Notes under the pieces: generated by a model
What the model was told of the DNA's origin: nothing
What the model saw: the letters and a program-made list of their open reading frames with translations, nothing else
Databases searched by the model: none
Program-made: the position numbers and the translations under genes
In this document: positions 1 to 9,754 of the stretch, piece after piece
How positions within the stretch are numbered: position 1 is the stretch's first letter
Layout of the letters: every line of letters begins with the position of its first letter
From: Candidatus Calescibacterium sp.
GTDB taxonomy: Bacteria; DRYD01
DNA: 64,000 nt
Reading direction: 5' to 3'
Assembly (NCBI GenBank): GCA_025059235.1
Contig: JANXCV010000004.1
Span: 3,109-67,108 of the forward strand

Positions 1-1397
1 TCCCACTGTTTTTCTATTGGTTTAATTTGGGTTATGTATTCTTTAGGTGTCATGGTTTTTATTCTTTCTTCTTTTTGTAGGAGATCGTAAAGAGCCATTA
101 GGAAGTCTTTACCATCGTTTTGATAGTAAGTCCAGACGTTTTCTCCATCACATGTATTCGTTATATATATTGGTTCATTTTCTGGTACACCATTATAATG
201 CTTTTGTGATTTTATGAAATTGATAAAATCTTTTGCTGCTTCGTATCCATCTGGTTTGCCTCTGTAGTATCCATAGTCCCATCCAATTTTGTCATGTATT
301 GATCTTGGGACTACAGATATTGAATCATTGTTAAGGTTGTCTATAAATTCTGTGTCTACGTCTACTCTATATGGTTGTAGTGGGTCTCCTGCGAATCCCG
401 ATTTAAAGATTACCTCGTGTCCTGTAGAAAACCATTTTATTCCATTTTTTACTAGATGTTTTATTATACTTTCTCCTACTGCTCCTTCACCAGGCCACAT
501 TCCTAAGGGATATTTACCGAAAATTTTCTTGTAGTATTCGATTGCCATTTTTACCTGAGTTTCTGCATCCTCAGGGTATTTGAAGGTGGGGGGAGTTGGA
601 ATATTTGGAGTCTGCTCTTTAGCAGAATCAGTATTATCTACTAAGGGAAGTATAGGATGATAAAATGGAGTTGTTGTTATTTCTATTTGCCCCTTGTTTT
701 GCAAATACCTATGTATTGGGATAACAAATTTCATTATTTTGTAGGTTTCGAGGATAATGTTCTTAGCGTCTTCTTCAGTAAAATTTTCTCCTCTAAGTCC
801 TTTTTGGTATATATCCTTGATTTTTGTTACTTTGCTTTTAATTATCTTACCGTTTTGATCTTCTCCTATTAGTTCTACATCTTTTGTTAAGAAATCATGA
901 TCGAACCATACTAAATGAAACCATATCTTTAGGTTTAGGTATTCTTGGTTGGTTAATGGTTGACCACTTTTTACTTTTTCAAAGAGTTTTTTGTATGCAG
1001 GATATTTAAATATTTGTGATTCATAATGTGCATCGAAGAACCTTTTTTTTGCGAATTCTTTGTCATCTTGTGTCCATTGGTCTACGGGTTTAAACAGAAG
1101 ATCTAGGGCTCTATCAAGTTTACCCTTTGGAAATGCATATTCCTTCTTATAGTTCGGACTTTCTTCATCTGCATAGTCTTTTAATTTGTTGACATAGTCC
1201 TCTATTTGCACTAATAACGAAGGAGTTAAGTTTATTGTCAGTTTTATTTTGGGAAAGTTTAGAAGGATTGCTGCCATATCATAATAATCCTTGGTAGCGT
1301 GTAACCTTACCCACGGAGCAGTATAAGTGTCTCTTATGTGATCTTTGTATATTGGTTGGTGTTGATGCCAAAGAATATTCAAGTATATCGGGTCCAT
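1..1397 (-). CDS. Glycoside hydrolase family 57 (alpha-glucan-active enzyme); the C-terminal end of the gene lies outside the window
   Basis: Absent from the ORF track because it runs off the window edge. My reverse-strand translation from the ATG at 1397 gives MDPIYLNILWHQHQPIYKD..APWVRLHATKDYYDM..TTPFYHPILPL..GMWPGEGAV..CDGENVW. These are GH57 hallmark blocks. A G-rich SD lies just upstream. Confidence 0.85.
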   Translation of the reverse strand, partial: MDPIYLNILWHQHQPIYKDHIRDTYTAPWVRLHATKDYYDMAAILLNFPKIKLTINLTPSLLVQIEDYVNKLKDYADEESPNYKKEYAFPKGKLDRALDLLFKPVDQWTQDDKEFAKKRFFDAHYESQIFKYPAYKKLFEKVKSGQPLTNQEYLNLKIWFHLVWFDHDFLTKDVELIGEDQNGKIIKSKVTKIKDIYQKGLRGENFTEEDAKNIILETYKIMKFVIPIHRYLQNKGQIEITTTPFYHPILPLVDNTDSAKEQTPNIPTPPTFKYPEDAETQVKMAIEYYKKIFGKYPLGMWPGEGAVGESIIKHLVKNGIKWFSTGHEVIFKSGFAGDPLQPYRVDVDTEFIDNLNNDSISVVPRSIHDKIGWDYGYYRGKPDGYEAAKDFINFIKSQKHYNGVPENEPIYITNTCDGENVWTYYQNDGKDFLMALYDLLQKEERIKTMTPKEYITQIKPIEKQW

Positions 1398-1496
1398 AAC
1401 TTCATCCCCCCACCCCTAGAATAGTATCCATTTATACTTTTGAGAGATTAATAATTGATATCCTTTAGTGGGAAAAGAAAAATTGTTAAAAATGAT

Positions 1497-2222
1497 TTAA
1501 ATCTTAGTTATGGATTCGATTATTTCTGAGGCTCTACCTGTTAGGGAAAAGTTTACCAAGTCACTATATTGAGTTTTTTCCAAATTGATTTCAATAACTA
1601 TTTTTCCTCGATAAATACTTTGCTCTATGAAATGGGCTGCTGGATATACTACCGCTGAGGTTCCAATATACAAAAGTACTTCTGCTTTTTCTACAATTTC
1701 GTAAGATTGTACATATACATCTTCTGGTATATTTTCTCCAAACCATACTATATCTGGCCTTAGTAGATTATTGCATTTTGGACATATGGGTGGTAATTCT
1801 TCGTATATTTTTTCGTTGTATGTTTTATATGAGCATTTTGTACATTTTTCTCTAAATATGTTTCCGTGAAATTCTATTACTTTTTTACTACCTGCTTTTT
1901 GATGTAAACCATCTATGTTCTGAGTGATTATATAAAAGAAGTTTTTTTTTGATTCCAGTTCTGCTAGCTTATAATGAGCTTTATTAGGAAATGCAGACAA
2001 GATACTTTTTCTTCTTTCATTATACCATTGCCATACTTTTCTGGGGTTTTTATAAAATCCTTGGGGTGTTGCTAATTCTTCTAAATTAAACTTTTCCCAC
2101 AGTCCGTTATTGCTTCTAAATGTTGGTATTCCCGATTCGGCAGAGATACCTGCACCAGTTAAGACTACTATCTTATCTGTATCTTTCAATATTTTCCTAA
2201 CTTCTTGTATTTGAACGATCAT
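1497..2222 (-). CDS. cobB: NAD-dependent protein deacylase, Sir2/CobB family
   Basis: GAGISAESGIPTFR NAD-binding motif, a Zn ribbon (CTKC...CPKC) and a typical short-sirtuin length of 241 aa. Confidence 0.9.
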   Translation of the reverse strand: MIVQIQEVRKILKDTDKIVVLTGAGISAESGIPTFRSNNGLWEKFNLEELATPQGFYKNPRKVWQWYNERRKSILSAFPNKAHYKLAELESKKNFFYIITQNIDGLHQKAGSKKVIEFHGNIFREKCTKCSYKTYNEKIYEELPPICPKCNNLLRPDIVWFGENIPEDVYVQSYEIVEKAEVLLYIGTSAVVYPAAHFIEQSIYRGKIVIEINLEKTQYSDLVNFSLTGRASEIIESITKI

Positions 2223-2238
2223 GGGTTTGGGTTAGTTT

Positions 2239-3384
2239 TTATTTATTATCTTTCAGCTCGTTTATTTTGATTCTAACTTTTGCTTTCTGGGATATATCTT
2301 GATATAATTCATAGGCTTTTTGATAGAGTTCTTGAGCTTTGTTTTTATCTATTTCCTTATATATATCTCCTGCTAGTTCGAAATATTGGGGGTTATCAAC
2401 TTGTTTTATCGCTAGATCTATGAACTTCTGTGCAGATTGAATATTTTTTTCAGTGAAGAATATTTGTGCTAGTTTGTATAGAGCTTCATGTTTTGTCGGC
2501 ATTTGGTTTATAACCTTTATGTACAGTTCTTTAGCTTTTTGTAAATTACCCTCCCTTAAATACATGTCGGCTAGTTCTTCTATATAATACGGGTCTATAT
2601 TTTGGTATTCTCTGACTATCTTTAGTAGTATTTCTTTTTTCTTTTGTGGATCTTTTTCATAATAAAGTTGTGCTAGTAGAGAGTCAAGGGAACCATATTT
2701 TGAAATTATTTTTTCTATAACTAATTCTGCTTTTTCATTAAGCTTAAGAGCTTGGTATATCTCTGCTATTGATATATAAACCTTTTCTTTTTTATCATTC
2801 GGAAGTAGTTTAAGTTGGTTTAGTAGTTCATAGAGTTCTTCTATGACTTTATCCTGATCTATGTTCAAGTAATTTATTTCATCCTTTATTATTTGTGTCT
2901 TTAAGTTAACTTTGTTTTCAGGGTTATTTTCGTAGATATAGGATTTGTTAAGGTAATCCAGATATTTCTGCAGAGATCCTTCTAGTAGCTCTATTTGAGA
3001 TATCTTGAAGTATATTCTTGCTAGGATTGATGATGATAGCTCATTATTTGGATTAATATATTTGGTTAGTTCTTCATATAAATTCTTTGATAATTTGAGA
3101 TCCCCCAGATTAAACAATGAGTCTGCAATCTTTTCTTTTAATAATGGATTCAAATAGTTTTTAGTTAGCAGTTTTTGCTTTATTAGCTCTATAAGTTGTT
3201 TATTTAGGTTGTTGTTTATGCTGTATTTAGTTGCTAGATCCAAAGTTTTTTCGAATTCTGCTATGTTATTAGTATTGTAGTAATTTTCCATTTTGGTTAC
3301 GAGTTCATTTATTTTGTTGTTTTCTGCAAATAAAAAGTTTAGAGTTATTAGGGATACTAGGATTAGCCAGAGATGGAGTTTCAT
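2239..3384 (-). CDS. Secreted TPR-like repeat protein
   Basis: N-terminal signal-like segment MKLHLWLILVSLITLNFLFA. Repeated helical A/Y/L-rich 34-aa-type units (e.g. AQELYQKAYELY, AKELYIKVINQ). AAGGAGG SD upstream. Confidence 0.7.
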   Translation of the reverse strand: MKLHLWLILVSLITLNFLFAENNKINELVTKMENYYNTNNIAEFEKTLDLATKYSINNNLNKQLIELIKQKLLTKNYLNPLLKEKIADSLFNLGDLKLSKNLYEELTKYINPNNELSSSILARIYFKISQIELLEGSLQKYLDYLNKSYIYENNPENKVNLKTQIIKDEINYLNIDQDKVIEELYELLNQLKLLPNDKKEKVYISIAEIYQALKLNEKAELVIEKIISKYGSLDSLLAQLYYEKDPQKKKEILLKIVREYQNIDPYYIEELADMYLREGNLQKAKELYIKVINQMPTKHEALYKLAQIFFTEKNIQSAQKFIDLAIKQVDNPQYFELAGDIYKEIDKNKAQELYQKAYELYQDISQKAKVRIKINELKDNK

Positions 3385-3396
3385 CTCTTTCCTCCT

Positions 3397-4323
3397 TTAT
3401 GGTATTTCTGGATATACTACTATTTTTTCTCCACTTACTACTCTTCTATCTCTTATTTTTATTCTTTGTAGTATGCTCTGTGGGACTAGGATTATATCTG
3501 GAGGTAATTTAGGATCTTTTTTTACTTGAATATTTTTTATATCTCCTTCTAGCCCTTCTATTTTTAGGGCTATTGATGTTGATTGTAGGGTTGATGTCCA
3601 GAATTCTACGATTTCGGAGGATATAGATATTTCTCTGCTTCCCACTGACCAGCCTTTTTCTTTTACCTCTAGTTCTCTGACCAATGAGTGTTTTATATCA
3701 TTTTCTTTCAGTTTTTCTTCAAGTTCTTTATTATCTATTCCTGTAACATTTACTATGCATTTGGCATTATTTTTGATCTTCTGTATTATAAATTCGTTGT
3801 AGAAGTATGATGATATTACTAGGTTATTATTGTTTATGATATCTGATCTTATAAAGGGGTTACCTGATTTTACAAGTAAGTAATAGGTTTGTTCCATCAT
3901 ATTGATTTCCATTATTCCAGTTATGTTTCTCTTCGATAGTTTTAACCAAAAGCTTTCCCAGTCCTTGTAACCGTTTACACTGTAGTTCATGATTTGATTC
4001 TCAAATAGGTAAAATCCTCTTAGAATACTACTGAAACCTATGGGCATGGTATAGGTTACAACTTTTATTTCTTCTTCTACTCTGTATCTGAAAATTAACG
4101 GTGATATCTCTATTGGATTATCAGTAACATCTACGTAACTGACTACCATTCCTTCATCTATTAGGACTATAAAACTATTTTTTGATCCTTTTATTTCTAG
4201 GTAGCCGCTGTATTTATACTTGGATAAGTTCTCGATTAGTACTATTAGCTCTACTAGCAAATAAAAGGTATTGTTTATATCTCTAGTTAAGGGGAATGGT
4301 TTTAATGGTAAAGCTTTTAACAT
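3397..4323 (-). CDS. Hypothetical protein
   Basis: 308-aa ORF, start overlapping the upstream gene's stop (TAATG). No motif I can assign with confidence. Confidence 0.6.
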   Translation of the reverse strand: MLKALPLKPFPLTRDINNTFYLLVELIVLIENLSKYKYSGYLEIKGSKNSFIVLIDEGMVVSYVDVTDNPIEISPLIFRYRVEEEIKVVTYTMPIGFSSILRGFYLFENQIMNYSVNGYKDWESFWLKLSKRNITGIMEINMMEQTYYLLVKSGNPFIRSDIINNNNLVISSYFYNEFIIQKIKNNAKCIVNVTGIDNKELEEKLKENDIKHSLVRELEVKEKGWSVGSREISISSEIVEFWTSTLQSTSIALKIEGLEGDIKNIQVKKDPKLPPDIILVPQSILQRIKIRDRRVVSGEKIVVYPEIP

Positions 4324-4820
4324 TATGGCAGTTTCTCTATATTCAGTAAGATATTTCTAGAAAGCTCTATTATTTCACCCTTTGGTATTTGTTTTTTTGT
4401 ATAATATAGATAAACCTTGTTCGACAGCTCATATATCTGGTTCATGAGGTTAAAGAATTTCTGGTCATCTATATCATTCCAATCAACAGTTTCTATATTC
4501 TGTGGTTGAAAGAGTAGGTTATAAATCTGAGTTATACTTTTATCGACTTCGTCAATTAAGTTTTCATCTCTGTTTTTTAAGTATTCCGATATTCTCTGTA
4601 GGTTAATGTTTATTAATTCTTTGATTTGTGGGAAGTTGGTTATTGTTTTGTTTTGGTTTTTTATCTCGTAATCCAGAGCAAGGATATAATTGAGAATAAG
4701 TAGACTCAGGTTTGATGCTAGGTGTGACAAATGGCTATAATTCTTTGCTCTTATGTTTTCTTGGATTATCTTAATCTCTTTTTCTATCTTTTGTGATATT
4801 TTATTGCTATCTTCATACAT
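4323..4820 (-). CDS. Hypothetical helical protein
   Basis: 165-aa ORF, first gene of the minus-strand cluster and translationally coupled to 3397..4323. Confidence 0.55.
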   Translation of the reverse strand: MYEDSNKISQKIEKEIKIIQENIRAKNYSHLSHLASNLSLLILNYILALDYEIKNQNKTITNFPQIKELININLQRISEYLKNRDENLIDEVDKSITQIYNLLFQPQNIETVDWNDIDDQKFFNLMNQIYELSNKVYLYYTKKQIPKGEIIELSRNILLNIEKLP

Positions 4821-4900
4821 CTCTATCTTTCATTTTCAACATACCATTCTGTTTTCCCTTCTACAAGGATTTTACCATTTATTGTTTAACTTCTATCAAT

Positions 4901-6049
4901 GTGGAAAAAAAGAAGAGGATAAAGAAAGCGTCTAAGAAGAAAATTTTGCCTACTGAAGGTTTAGTTTCCAACGGCCAAAAAGAAAACATTTCCAACAGTA
5001 GTTCCAATAGGTCTTCTATTTTAAAAATCTTTTTTGTTATGCTCATATTATTGGTATTTTTTTCCTCTTCGGTTTTAATTTTTTTCAGTGAAAACGATAG
5101 GGAAAAGATTATTCTTAGTGAAGCCAAAAAAATACTTTTGGATAGATTAAAGAGGGAAGGTCCTTCTGTCGAGATATATAGAAGCTTTGCCGAATTGTAC
5201 AAAAACAAGGACAGCGATCTTTACTATTATTACCTAAAACAAGCTTTTAAAGTGGCAAAAACAAACGAACTTCCCAGAGATCTGTTAAAACAACTGGTTG
5301 AAATTTCATACCAAAAAAACGAAAAAATAGAGACAATTTTATATTATCTCATACTATTATATCGTCATACTAGACCTTCTAACCCCGAATTTTTTGAAAT
5401 TCTAGCAGCTATAACCGAAATATACAATAGACTTGGACAAACCAAACAATCAGAAAAAATACTTATTAACTTGGAAAAGTTATACTCGCAAAATCTACAA
5501 ATAAAATATATGCTATCAAATCATTACTACATAACAGGGAGACATATATATGCTAAGGAGAAAATAGATTATATCGTAAACAATAAAAAACAGCCTCTTT
5601 CTGTTGGTGAGATCACACTATACTATCTAGTTTATCTAAAATTCTACCCTTATGACAAAGTTCTCAATCGGATCCTACCGTATGCTTTGGGACTTTCTTA
5701 TGCTGAAATGAATAGCTTTCTAATCTTTCTGCTAGAAAGACCCGAAATAACCGTCATAGATTATAAAAACGTCATATCTAAGATAACAATTTACAGACCT
5801 GAAGTAAGAACTCTTTTGGAACAAAATCCCTATATAAATCTAGAAATTGGTAAAAGATTCTGGAATAATTCTGAAAAGACTCTTGCAGAAGTCTATTTTG
5901 CTAAAGCTTTGAATTCCTCCGGTTCGGAAATGAAAGAAATAATACAGCAATACATATATGAAATAAAGACCAAATACACGGAGACCGAAACTAAATCCAC
6001 CTCCCAACCCATACTTGATAAGAAAAAAGTTTTGGAGCAAATAAAATGA
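4901..6049 (+). CDS. Membrane-anchored helical-repeat (TPR-like) protein, start uncertain
   Basis: The track ORF starts at 4793, but its first 36 codons are Cys/Phe-rich and overlap the divergent gene. GTG at 4901 gives a basic N-terminus (VEKKKRIKKASKKK) followed by one TM (ILKIFFVMLILLVFFSSSVLIFF). The stop overlaps the EF-G start (ATGA). Confidence 0.55.
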   Translation: MEKKKRIKKASKKKILPTEGLVSNGQKENISNSSSNRSSILKIFFVMLILLVFFSSSVLIFFSENDREKIILSEAKKILLDRLKREGPSVEIYRSFAELYKNKDSDLYYYYLKQAFKVAKTNELPRDLLKQLVEISYQKNEKIETILYYLILLYRHTRPSNPEFFEILAAITEIYNRLGQTKQSEKILINLEKLYSQNLQIKYMLSNHYYITGRHIYAKEKIDYIVNNKKQPLSVGEITLYYLVYLKFYPYDKVLNRILPYALGLSYAEMNSFLIFLLERPEITVIDYKNVISKITIYRPEVRTLLEQNPYINLEIGKRFWNNSEKTLAEVYFAKALNSSGSEMKEIIQQYIYEIKTKYTETETKSTSQPILDKKKVLEQIK

Positions 6050-8112
6050 GTACTTTGGAAAAAATCAGAAACATTGGAATAGTTGCTCACATAGATGCAG
6101 GTAAGACAACTACTACAGAAAGAATTCTTTACTATACTGGTAGAATCCATCGAATAGGTAGTGTGGATGAAGGTACTGCGACAATGGATTACATGATCCA
6201 AGAAAAAGAACATGGCATAACCATTCAAAGTGCAGCTACTTTTTTCAAATGGAAAGACTACAATTTTAACCTCATAGATACCCCTGGACACGTGGACTTT
6301 ACAATTGAAGTAGAAAGATCAATCAGAGTTCTTGATGGAATAATTGTTATTTTGGATGCTTCTGCAGGTGTTCAACCTCAGACAGAAACCGTCTTCAGAC
6401 AAGCCCAAAAATATAAAGTGCCTACTATATTTTTTGTCAATAAAATGGATAAACTTGGGGCCAATTTCGAACTTTGTTTATCCTCCATTAAGGAAAGATT
6501 GTTGACAAATCCTATTCCTATTCAGGAACCTTTCGGCAAGGAAGATAGTTTTCAAGGAGTTATTGACTTGATACAAATGAAACTTATTAGGTGGACTAGT
6601 GAAGATGGTAGTGAATATATCTATGAAGATTTACCTTCCTCTTATGATCAGCAACGATCGTTTATGTTGGAAGAAATTGCTTCACTAGACGAAATCTTCA
6701 TGGAAAAATATCTGAATTCTAATTATGATCTAAATGACATTTATTCTGCTCTGAGGAGAATAACTCTTTCAGGGTTCGGTAGTCCCGTTCTCTGTGGTAG
6801 CGCTATAAAGAACATAGGTATTCAACCTCTACTCGATGCCGTCATACATTTCTTACCTTCCCCGTTAGACAAACCCAAACAAAAATCATTTTTAATCTTG
6901 CAAGATGGAGAAAAAGAAATAACAGTAGATACCATTCAAACAAAGGAAAAACTTTTGGCATTGTGTTTCAAGATTTCATACTTCCCTTCGGTCGGAAAAA
7001 TCTCTTTTGTCAGAGTCTATAGCGGTAGAATTACAGAGAACGATGTACTATACAATAGCACAAAAGACATAAAAGAAAGAGCAAATAAGATAATAAAAAT
7101 GCATGCAAATTACATGGAAGAAGTAAAAGAGCTAAAAATGGGAGAAATAGGAGCTATCTTGGGATTGAAAAAAACCACAACAGGTGATACCTTAACCTCT
7201 GAAAGTAACCAAAGAATTGTCTTGGAAAGTATACACATTCCAGATCCCGTGATTTTCGTAGCCATAGAAGCCTCTTCCAGAGCAGATGAAGATAAATTAT
7301 TTAAAGCCCTCGAAAGACTATCTGAAGAAGATCCCACATTCAAATATAAGATAAACGAGGATACAGGTCAAATAATAATATCCGGAATGGGAGAACTACA
7401 TCTAGACATAATAAAAGATAGAATCCAGAGAGAATACAATATCAAAATATATTCCGGTAAACCACAGGTTGAATTTAGAGAAAGTATTACCAAAAAATCG
7501 ATAGGAGAATATAATTTCTACAAACAAGTAGGTAATAAACTTCAAACTGCCTACGTCAAAGTCGAAGTAATACCGATAGATGAAGGAATAAAAGTTTTTA
7601 TAGATACTCCAGAAATACCTGAAAAGATAGTTCCTTCTGTAAAAGAGGGGATATATGAGGCTTTAGGGTTCGGAGTTCTAGCCGGCTTCCCATGTACTAG
7701 AATCAAAGTCAAGGTAGTCGAAGCCAAATACGATAAAGACCTTTCAACTTCTTTAGCCTTTAAAATAGCTTCCTTCGAAGCAACAAAAATAGCTATTAAT
7801 AACTCTAACCCTATTCTTTTGGAACCATTGATGAACGTCGAAATTATTACACCTGAAGAATATTTGGGATCTGTCGTAAATGATTTGCAAGCAAGAAACG
7901 GCGAAATACAATCTATATCAATATATCAGTCCTTGGGCAATATCGTCATAAATAAAATCGTTGCTCTTGTACCTCTGAGAGAAATGTTTGGATACAGCAC
8001 TGTTTTGAGATCCCTAACCCAAGGCAGGGGAACCTTTACCATGGAGCTTCACTCTTATAAGGAGGTTCCTTCCTCTATACAGGAGAATATAATACTAAAG
8101 GGAACACTATAG
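6046..8112 (+). CDS. fusA: Elongation factor G (stand-alone copy, possibly a paralogue)
   Basis: G-domain motifs AHIDAGKTTTTE, DTPGHVDF and NKMD. Length of 688 aa matches full-length EF-G. Confidence 0.9.
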   Translation: MSTLEKIRNIGIVAHIDAGKTTTTERILYYTGRIHRIGSVDEGTATMDYMIQEKEHGITIQSAATFFKWKDYNFNLIDTPGHVDFTIEVERSIRVLDGIIVILDASAGVQPQTETVFRQAQKYKVPTIFFVNKMDKLGANFELCLSSIKERLLTNPIPIQEPFGKEDSFQGVIDLIQMKLIRWTSEDGSEYIYEDLPSSYDQQRSFMLEEIASLDEIFMEKYLNSNYDLNDIYSALRRITLSGFGSPVLCGSAIKNIGIQPLLDAVIHFLPSPLDKPKQKSFLILQDGEKEITVDTIQTKEKLLALCFKISYFPSVGKISFVRVYSGRITENDVLYNSTKDIKERANKIIKMHANYMEEVKELKMGEIGAILGLKKTTTGDTLTSESNQRIVLESIHIPDPVIFVAIEASSRADEDKLFKALERLSEEDPTFKYKINEDTGQIIISGMGELHLDIIKDRIQREYNIKIYSGKPQVEFRESITKKSIGEYNFYKQVGNKLQTAYVKVEVIPIDEGIKVFIDTPEIPEKIVPSVKEGIYEALGFGVLAGFPCTRIKVKVVEAKYDKDLSTSLAFKIASFEATKIAINNSNPILLEPLMNVEIITPEEYLGSVVNDLQARNGEIQSISIYQSLGNIVINKIVALVPLREMFGYSTVLRSLTQGRGTFTMELHSYKEVPSSIQENIILKGTL

Positions 8113-8142
8113 AGAACAACGAATAAGTAGGAGGTAAGAAGG

Positions 8143-8409
8143 ATGGAAGTACTAAAAGTTTCCTCAAAATCTAAACCACAATCTGTAGCAGCTGCATTGG
8201 CAGCTGTAATAAAGCAGGGTAACAAAGCCGAAGTCCAAGCCATTGGAGCCGGAGCTATAAACCAAGCAGTGAAAGCCATAGCTATAGCCAGAGGTTATGT
8301 AGCTCCTCTAGGTTATGAACTGGTTACCATTCCAGCATTCACCGAAGTTCATATAAATGGTGAGGTTAGAACTGCTATAAAGTTTATTGTGAAAGCTATT
8401 ACTCCATAG
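8143..8409 (+). CDS. spoVS: SpoVS family protein
   Basis: 88 aa: MEVLKVSSKSKPQSVAAALAAVI...AIGAGAINQAVKAIAIARGY, characteristic of stage V sporulation protein S homologues. AGGAGGT SD. Confidence 0.85.
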   Translation: MEVLKVSSKSKPQSVAAALAAVIKQGNKAEVQAIGAGAINQAVKAIAIARGYVAPLGYELVTIPAFTEVHINGEVRTAIKFIVKAITP

Positions 8410-8412
8410 TTA

Positions 8413-8497
8413 GCGGGTGTGGCGGAACTGGTAGACGCGCTATCTTGAGGGGGTAGTGCCCGCAAAGGGCGTGTGGGTTCGAGTCCCACCACCCGCA
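8413..8497 (+). tRNA. tRNA-Leu (anticodon GAG), no encoded CCA
   Basis: Hand fold: acceptor GCGGGTG/CACCCGC, D arm GCGG..ACGC, anticodon stem CTATC/GGTAG with loop TTGAGGG, long variable arm TGCCCGCAAAGGGCGT, T arm GTGGG-TTCGAGT-CCCAC, discriminator A. Confidence 0.93.
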
Positions 8498-8506
8498 TTA
8501 AATCCC

Positions 8507-9754
8507 ATGTACGAAAAAGCAAAAAAATATCTCGTAGGAGGAGTTAACGCTCCCATCCGTGCCTTCCCTCTAATAGATATAAAACCACTATACATCAAAA
8601 AATCCATAGGTCCATATATCACCACCACAGAAGATAGAAATTTTATTAGTTTCATTTCAGGCTGGGGATCGATCATCCTAGGTGACTGCTACCCAGAATT
8701 GATCGAAGAAATCAAAGAAAAGCTCAACGACGGAATTTACAGCGGTCTATCAAACGAATATGAATATTTGTTAGCCGAATTAATTATTGAACACGGTTAC
8801 CCATATCACCAGATGTTAAGATTTGTAAATAGTGGCACTGAAGCTAACACCATAGCACTAAGACTAGCGAGAGCTATAACAGGTAGAAATAAGATCGTCA
8901 AGTTTGATGGAGGATATCACGGTAGTATTGATTATCTTCTGGTTGAAAACCGATCCAGTGAATTTGGAAACCAAATCCCTTCATCCAGTGGAGTTCCAAA
9001 GAGATTAATAAAAGATACCGTCAGTCTACCATACAATGACATCGATGTCCTAGAAGAATTCTTTTCTACCTATGGAAAAGAGATAGCTGCTGTCATAGTA
9101 GAACCTATCCAAACCTCCAACCTATTGATAAAAGCTACACCAACATTTCTCTCAAAACTGAGAGAATTAACCAAAATAAACGGATGTTTTCTTATTTTTG
9201 ACGAAGTATCTACTTGTTTCAGGGAAAGCTTTGTAGGTCTAGGTAGAGATATCAAACCTGATATAACCGTCATAGGGAAAATTATTGGAGGAGGATTTCC
9301 CATTGGAGCTGTCCTGTCAAGTAAAGAATATATGGAAGTCATGGCTCCAATAGGTAATATGTCTCATAGTGGAGTATTTGCAGGACATCCAATATCTACT
9401 TTCGCAGGTTATAAGGTACTGTCCATAATAAAAAGCATCCCCAATTTCTACGAATCAATAAAATCTAAAATCGATTTTATAGTCAACAACATAAAAGATG
9501 ACTACATAAAGATAAACTATACCAATGGTATGTTCTGCGTATACTTCTCAGACAAAAAGATAGAATCCTCCGAAGATTTGGATAGGATGGACATAATGTT
9601 TTTCATTGATTTTTACAAGGTTTTGATCTCTGAGGGAATAGTATTGTCACCACATCCACTAGAGCCGAATTATATAACATATTCCCACGGTGGGAATGTA
9701 TTGGAGATTTTTATTGAGAAGGTCAATAAAGCTTTGTCAGTTGTGAGGGGGTGA
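8507..9754 (+). CDS. hemL: Glutamate-1-semialdehyde 2,1-aminomutase
   Basis: GGVNAPIRAF, GGYHGS and the PLP-lysine block GKIIGGGFPIGA. The track start at 8456 lies inside the tRNA, so I moved the start to the ATG at 8507 (MYEKAKKYLVGGVN). Confidence 0.88.
   Translation: MYEKAKKYLVGGVNAPIRAFPLIDIKPLYIKKSIGPYITTTEDRNFISFISGWGSIILGDCYPELIEEIKEKLNDGIYSGLSNEYEYLLAELIIEHGYPYHQMLRFVNSGTEANTIALRLARAITGRNKIVKFDGGYHGSIDYLLVENRSSEFGNQIPSSSGVPKRLIKDTVSLPYNDIDVLEEFFSTYGKEIAAVIVEPIQTSNLLIKATPTFLSKLRELTKINGCFLIFDEVSTCFRESFVGLGRDIKPDITVIGKIIGGGFPIGAVLSSKEYMEVMAPIGNMSHSGVFAGHPISTFAGYKVLSIIKSIPNFYESIKSKIDFIVNNIKDDYIKINYTNGMFCVYFSDKKIESSEDLDRMDIMFFIDFYKVLISEGIVLSPHPLEPNYITYSHGGNVLEIFIEKVNKALSVVRG

Noticed and set aside
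289-872. Track ORFs 289..534 and 657..872 on the plus strand
   Set aside because: They lie antisense inside the GH57 gene, whose reverse-strand translation carries clear family motifs. Their sequences are low-complexity with no motifs.
1497-2222. Sir2 protein as a possible anti-phage defence component
   Set aside because: It is a short canonical CobB-type sirtuin with a Zn ribbon and no fused or adjacent effector or sensor genes. The context is housekeeping.
8456-8506. N-terminal extension of the hemL ORF (MPAKGVWVRVPPPALNP)
   Set aside because: These codons are the 3' half of tRNA-Leu read as protein. The start was moved to 8507.
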